Assembly: GCA_965232515.1 (NCBI GenBank)
Contig: CBDDPY010000002.1
Coordinates: 5,568,001-5,632,000, forward strand
Reading direction: 5' to 3'
DNA from: Alphaproteobacteria bacterium
GTDB taxonomy: Bacteria; Pseudomonadota; Alphaproteobacteria; GCA-2731375
Length of the DNA stretch: 64,000 nt
The notes beneath the pieces were generated by a model. It was given only the letters and a program-made list of their open reading frames with translations, was not told the DNA's origin and ran no database searches. Both the position numbers and the translations under genes were made by a program. How positions within the stretch are numbered: position 1 is the stretch's first letter; every line of letters begins with the position of its first letter. Shown here piece after piece: positions 63,177 through 64,000 of the stretch.

Positions 63177-64000
63177 GTGCCCCCCTTGCAGCCGGTTCGC
63201 GGCACGCACGATATCGTCGGCGAGGACGGCCGGCGTCACGCGCACGTGGTGGCGACGGCGCGTGCCATCGCCAAGCGCTATGGCTGCGTCGACATTGCGA
63301 CGCCGATCTTCGAGTTCACGCCGATCTTCGCGCGGACCATGGGCGAGAGCTCCGATGTCGTCCGCAAGGAGATGTATACGTTCACCGACCGCGGCGGCGA
63401 CGAGATCACGCTGCGGCCGGAATATACGGCCGGCATCTGCCGGGCCGTGATCTCGGGCGGCATGCAACAGCACCTGCCCTTGAAGTTCTTCGCCCATGGC
63501 CCGATGTTCCGGTACGAGCGGCCACAAAAGGGCCGCCAGCGCCAGTTTCATCAGATCGATGCCGAGATCATCGGCGTCGCCGAGCCGCAGGCCGATATCG
63601 AGGTCATCGCGCTGGGCGCCGATATCCTGGACGCGCTCGGCGTGTTGGACAAATGCACGCTGGAGCTCAATACCCTCGGTGACCCGGAGAGCCGGCATGC
63701 GTACCGCGATGCCCTGGTCGCCTATTTCAACGACTTCCGGGCAAAGCTGTCGGACGACAGCCGCGACCGGCTGGAGCGCAATCCGCTGCGTATCCTGGAT
63801 GCCAAGGACCCCGGCGACCGCGCCATCGTCGCCGAGGCACCGCTGATGCAGGATTATCTCAATCCCCAGTCGGCGGACTTCTTCGCCAAGGTTCTGGCCG
63901 GATTGGAGGCGCTGGGCATCGCCTATCACCGGAACGAGCGCCTGGTGCGGGGGCTGGATTACTACACCCACACGGCGTTCGAGTTCGTCACCGAGGCGTT
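63177..64000 (+). CDS. hisS: Histidine--tRNA ligase, 3' truncated by window edge
   Basis: [54 protein letters not shown]. Confidence 0.96.
   Translation, partial: MPPLQPVRGTHDIVGEDGRRHAHVVATARAIAKRYGCVDIATPIFEFTPIFARTMGESSDVVRKEMYTFTDRGGDEITLRPEYTAGICRAVISGGMQQHLPLKFFAHGPMFRYERPQKGRQRQFHQIDAEIIGVAEPQADIEVIALGADILDALGVLDKCTLELNTLGDPESRHAYRDALVAYFNDFRAKLSDDSRDRLERNPLRILDAKDPGDRAIVAEAPLMQDYLNPQSADFFAKVLAGLEALGIAYHRNERLVRGLDYYTHTAFEFVTEA

Overview
High-GC alphaproteobacterial chromosome segment (Rhodospirillales-like gene order). The right two thirds are mostly housekeeping: SUV3-like helicase, S4-domain protein, rpmB, cobST, J-domain protein, bolA, aroKB, xerD, accA, secA, argJ, mutT, comF, grxC, ubiG, lysC, ptsP, rodZ, ispG and hisS. 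Between the S4/hslR gene (22858) and terB-fdxA-carD (2262) lies a ~20.5-kb accessory tract with no integrase, transposase or tRNA. It holds (i) a small GIY-YIG nuclease gene bracketed by three covarying hairpin repeats, arranged like a REP/RAYT locus but with a different nuclease; (ii) two further palindromic repeat families (a CGTC-tagged REP dimer also lies outside the tract, between accA and secA); (iii) catabolic, regulatory and transport modules with readable operators; (iv) a LuxR-type regulator divergent from a Gly-rich PEP-CTERM protein; and (v) a tightly packed, lower-GC run of eight co-oriented genes (17991-22429). Several of these resemble toxin-immunity proteins (barstar, HEAT-repeat, DUF6959-like). 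No cognate toxin is visible, and the run contains a decayed 81-bp internal duplicate and an AT-rich leader with an IHF-consensus site. The GIY-YIG/REP unit and the orphan immunity-like array are the best candidates for poorly described systems. No rRNA, tRNA or CRISPR array was seen. All family assignments are by eye from motifs; no database searches were run.
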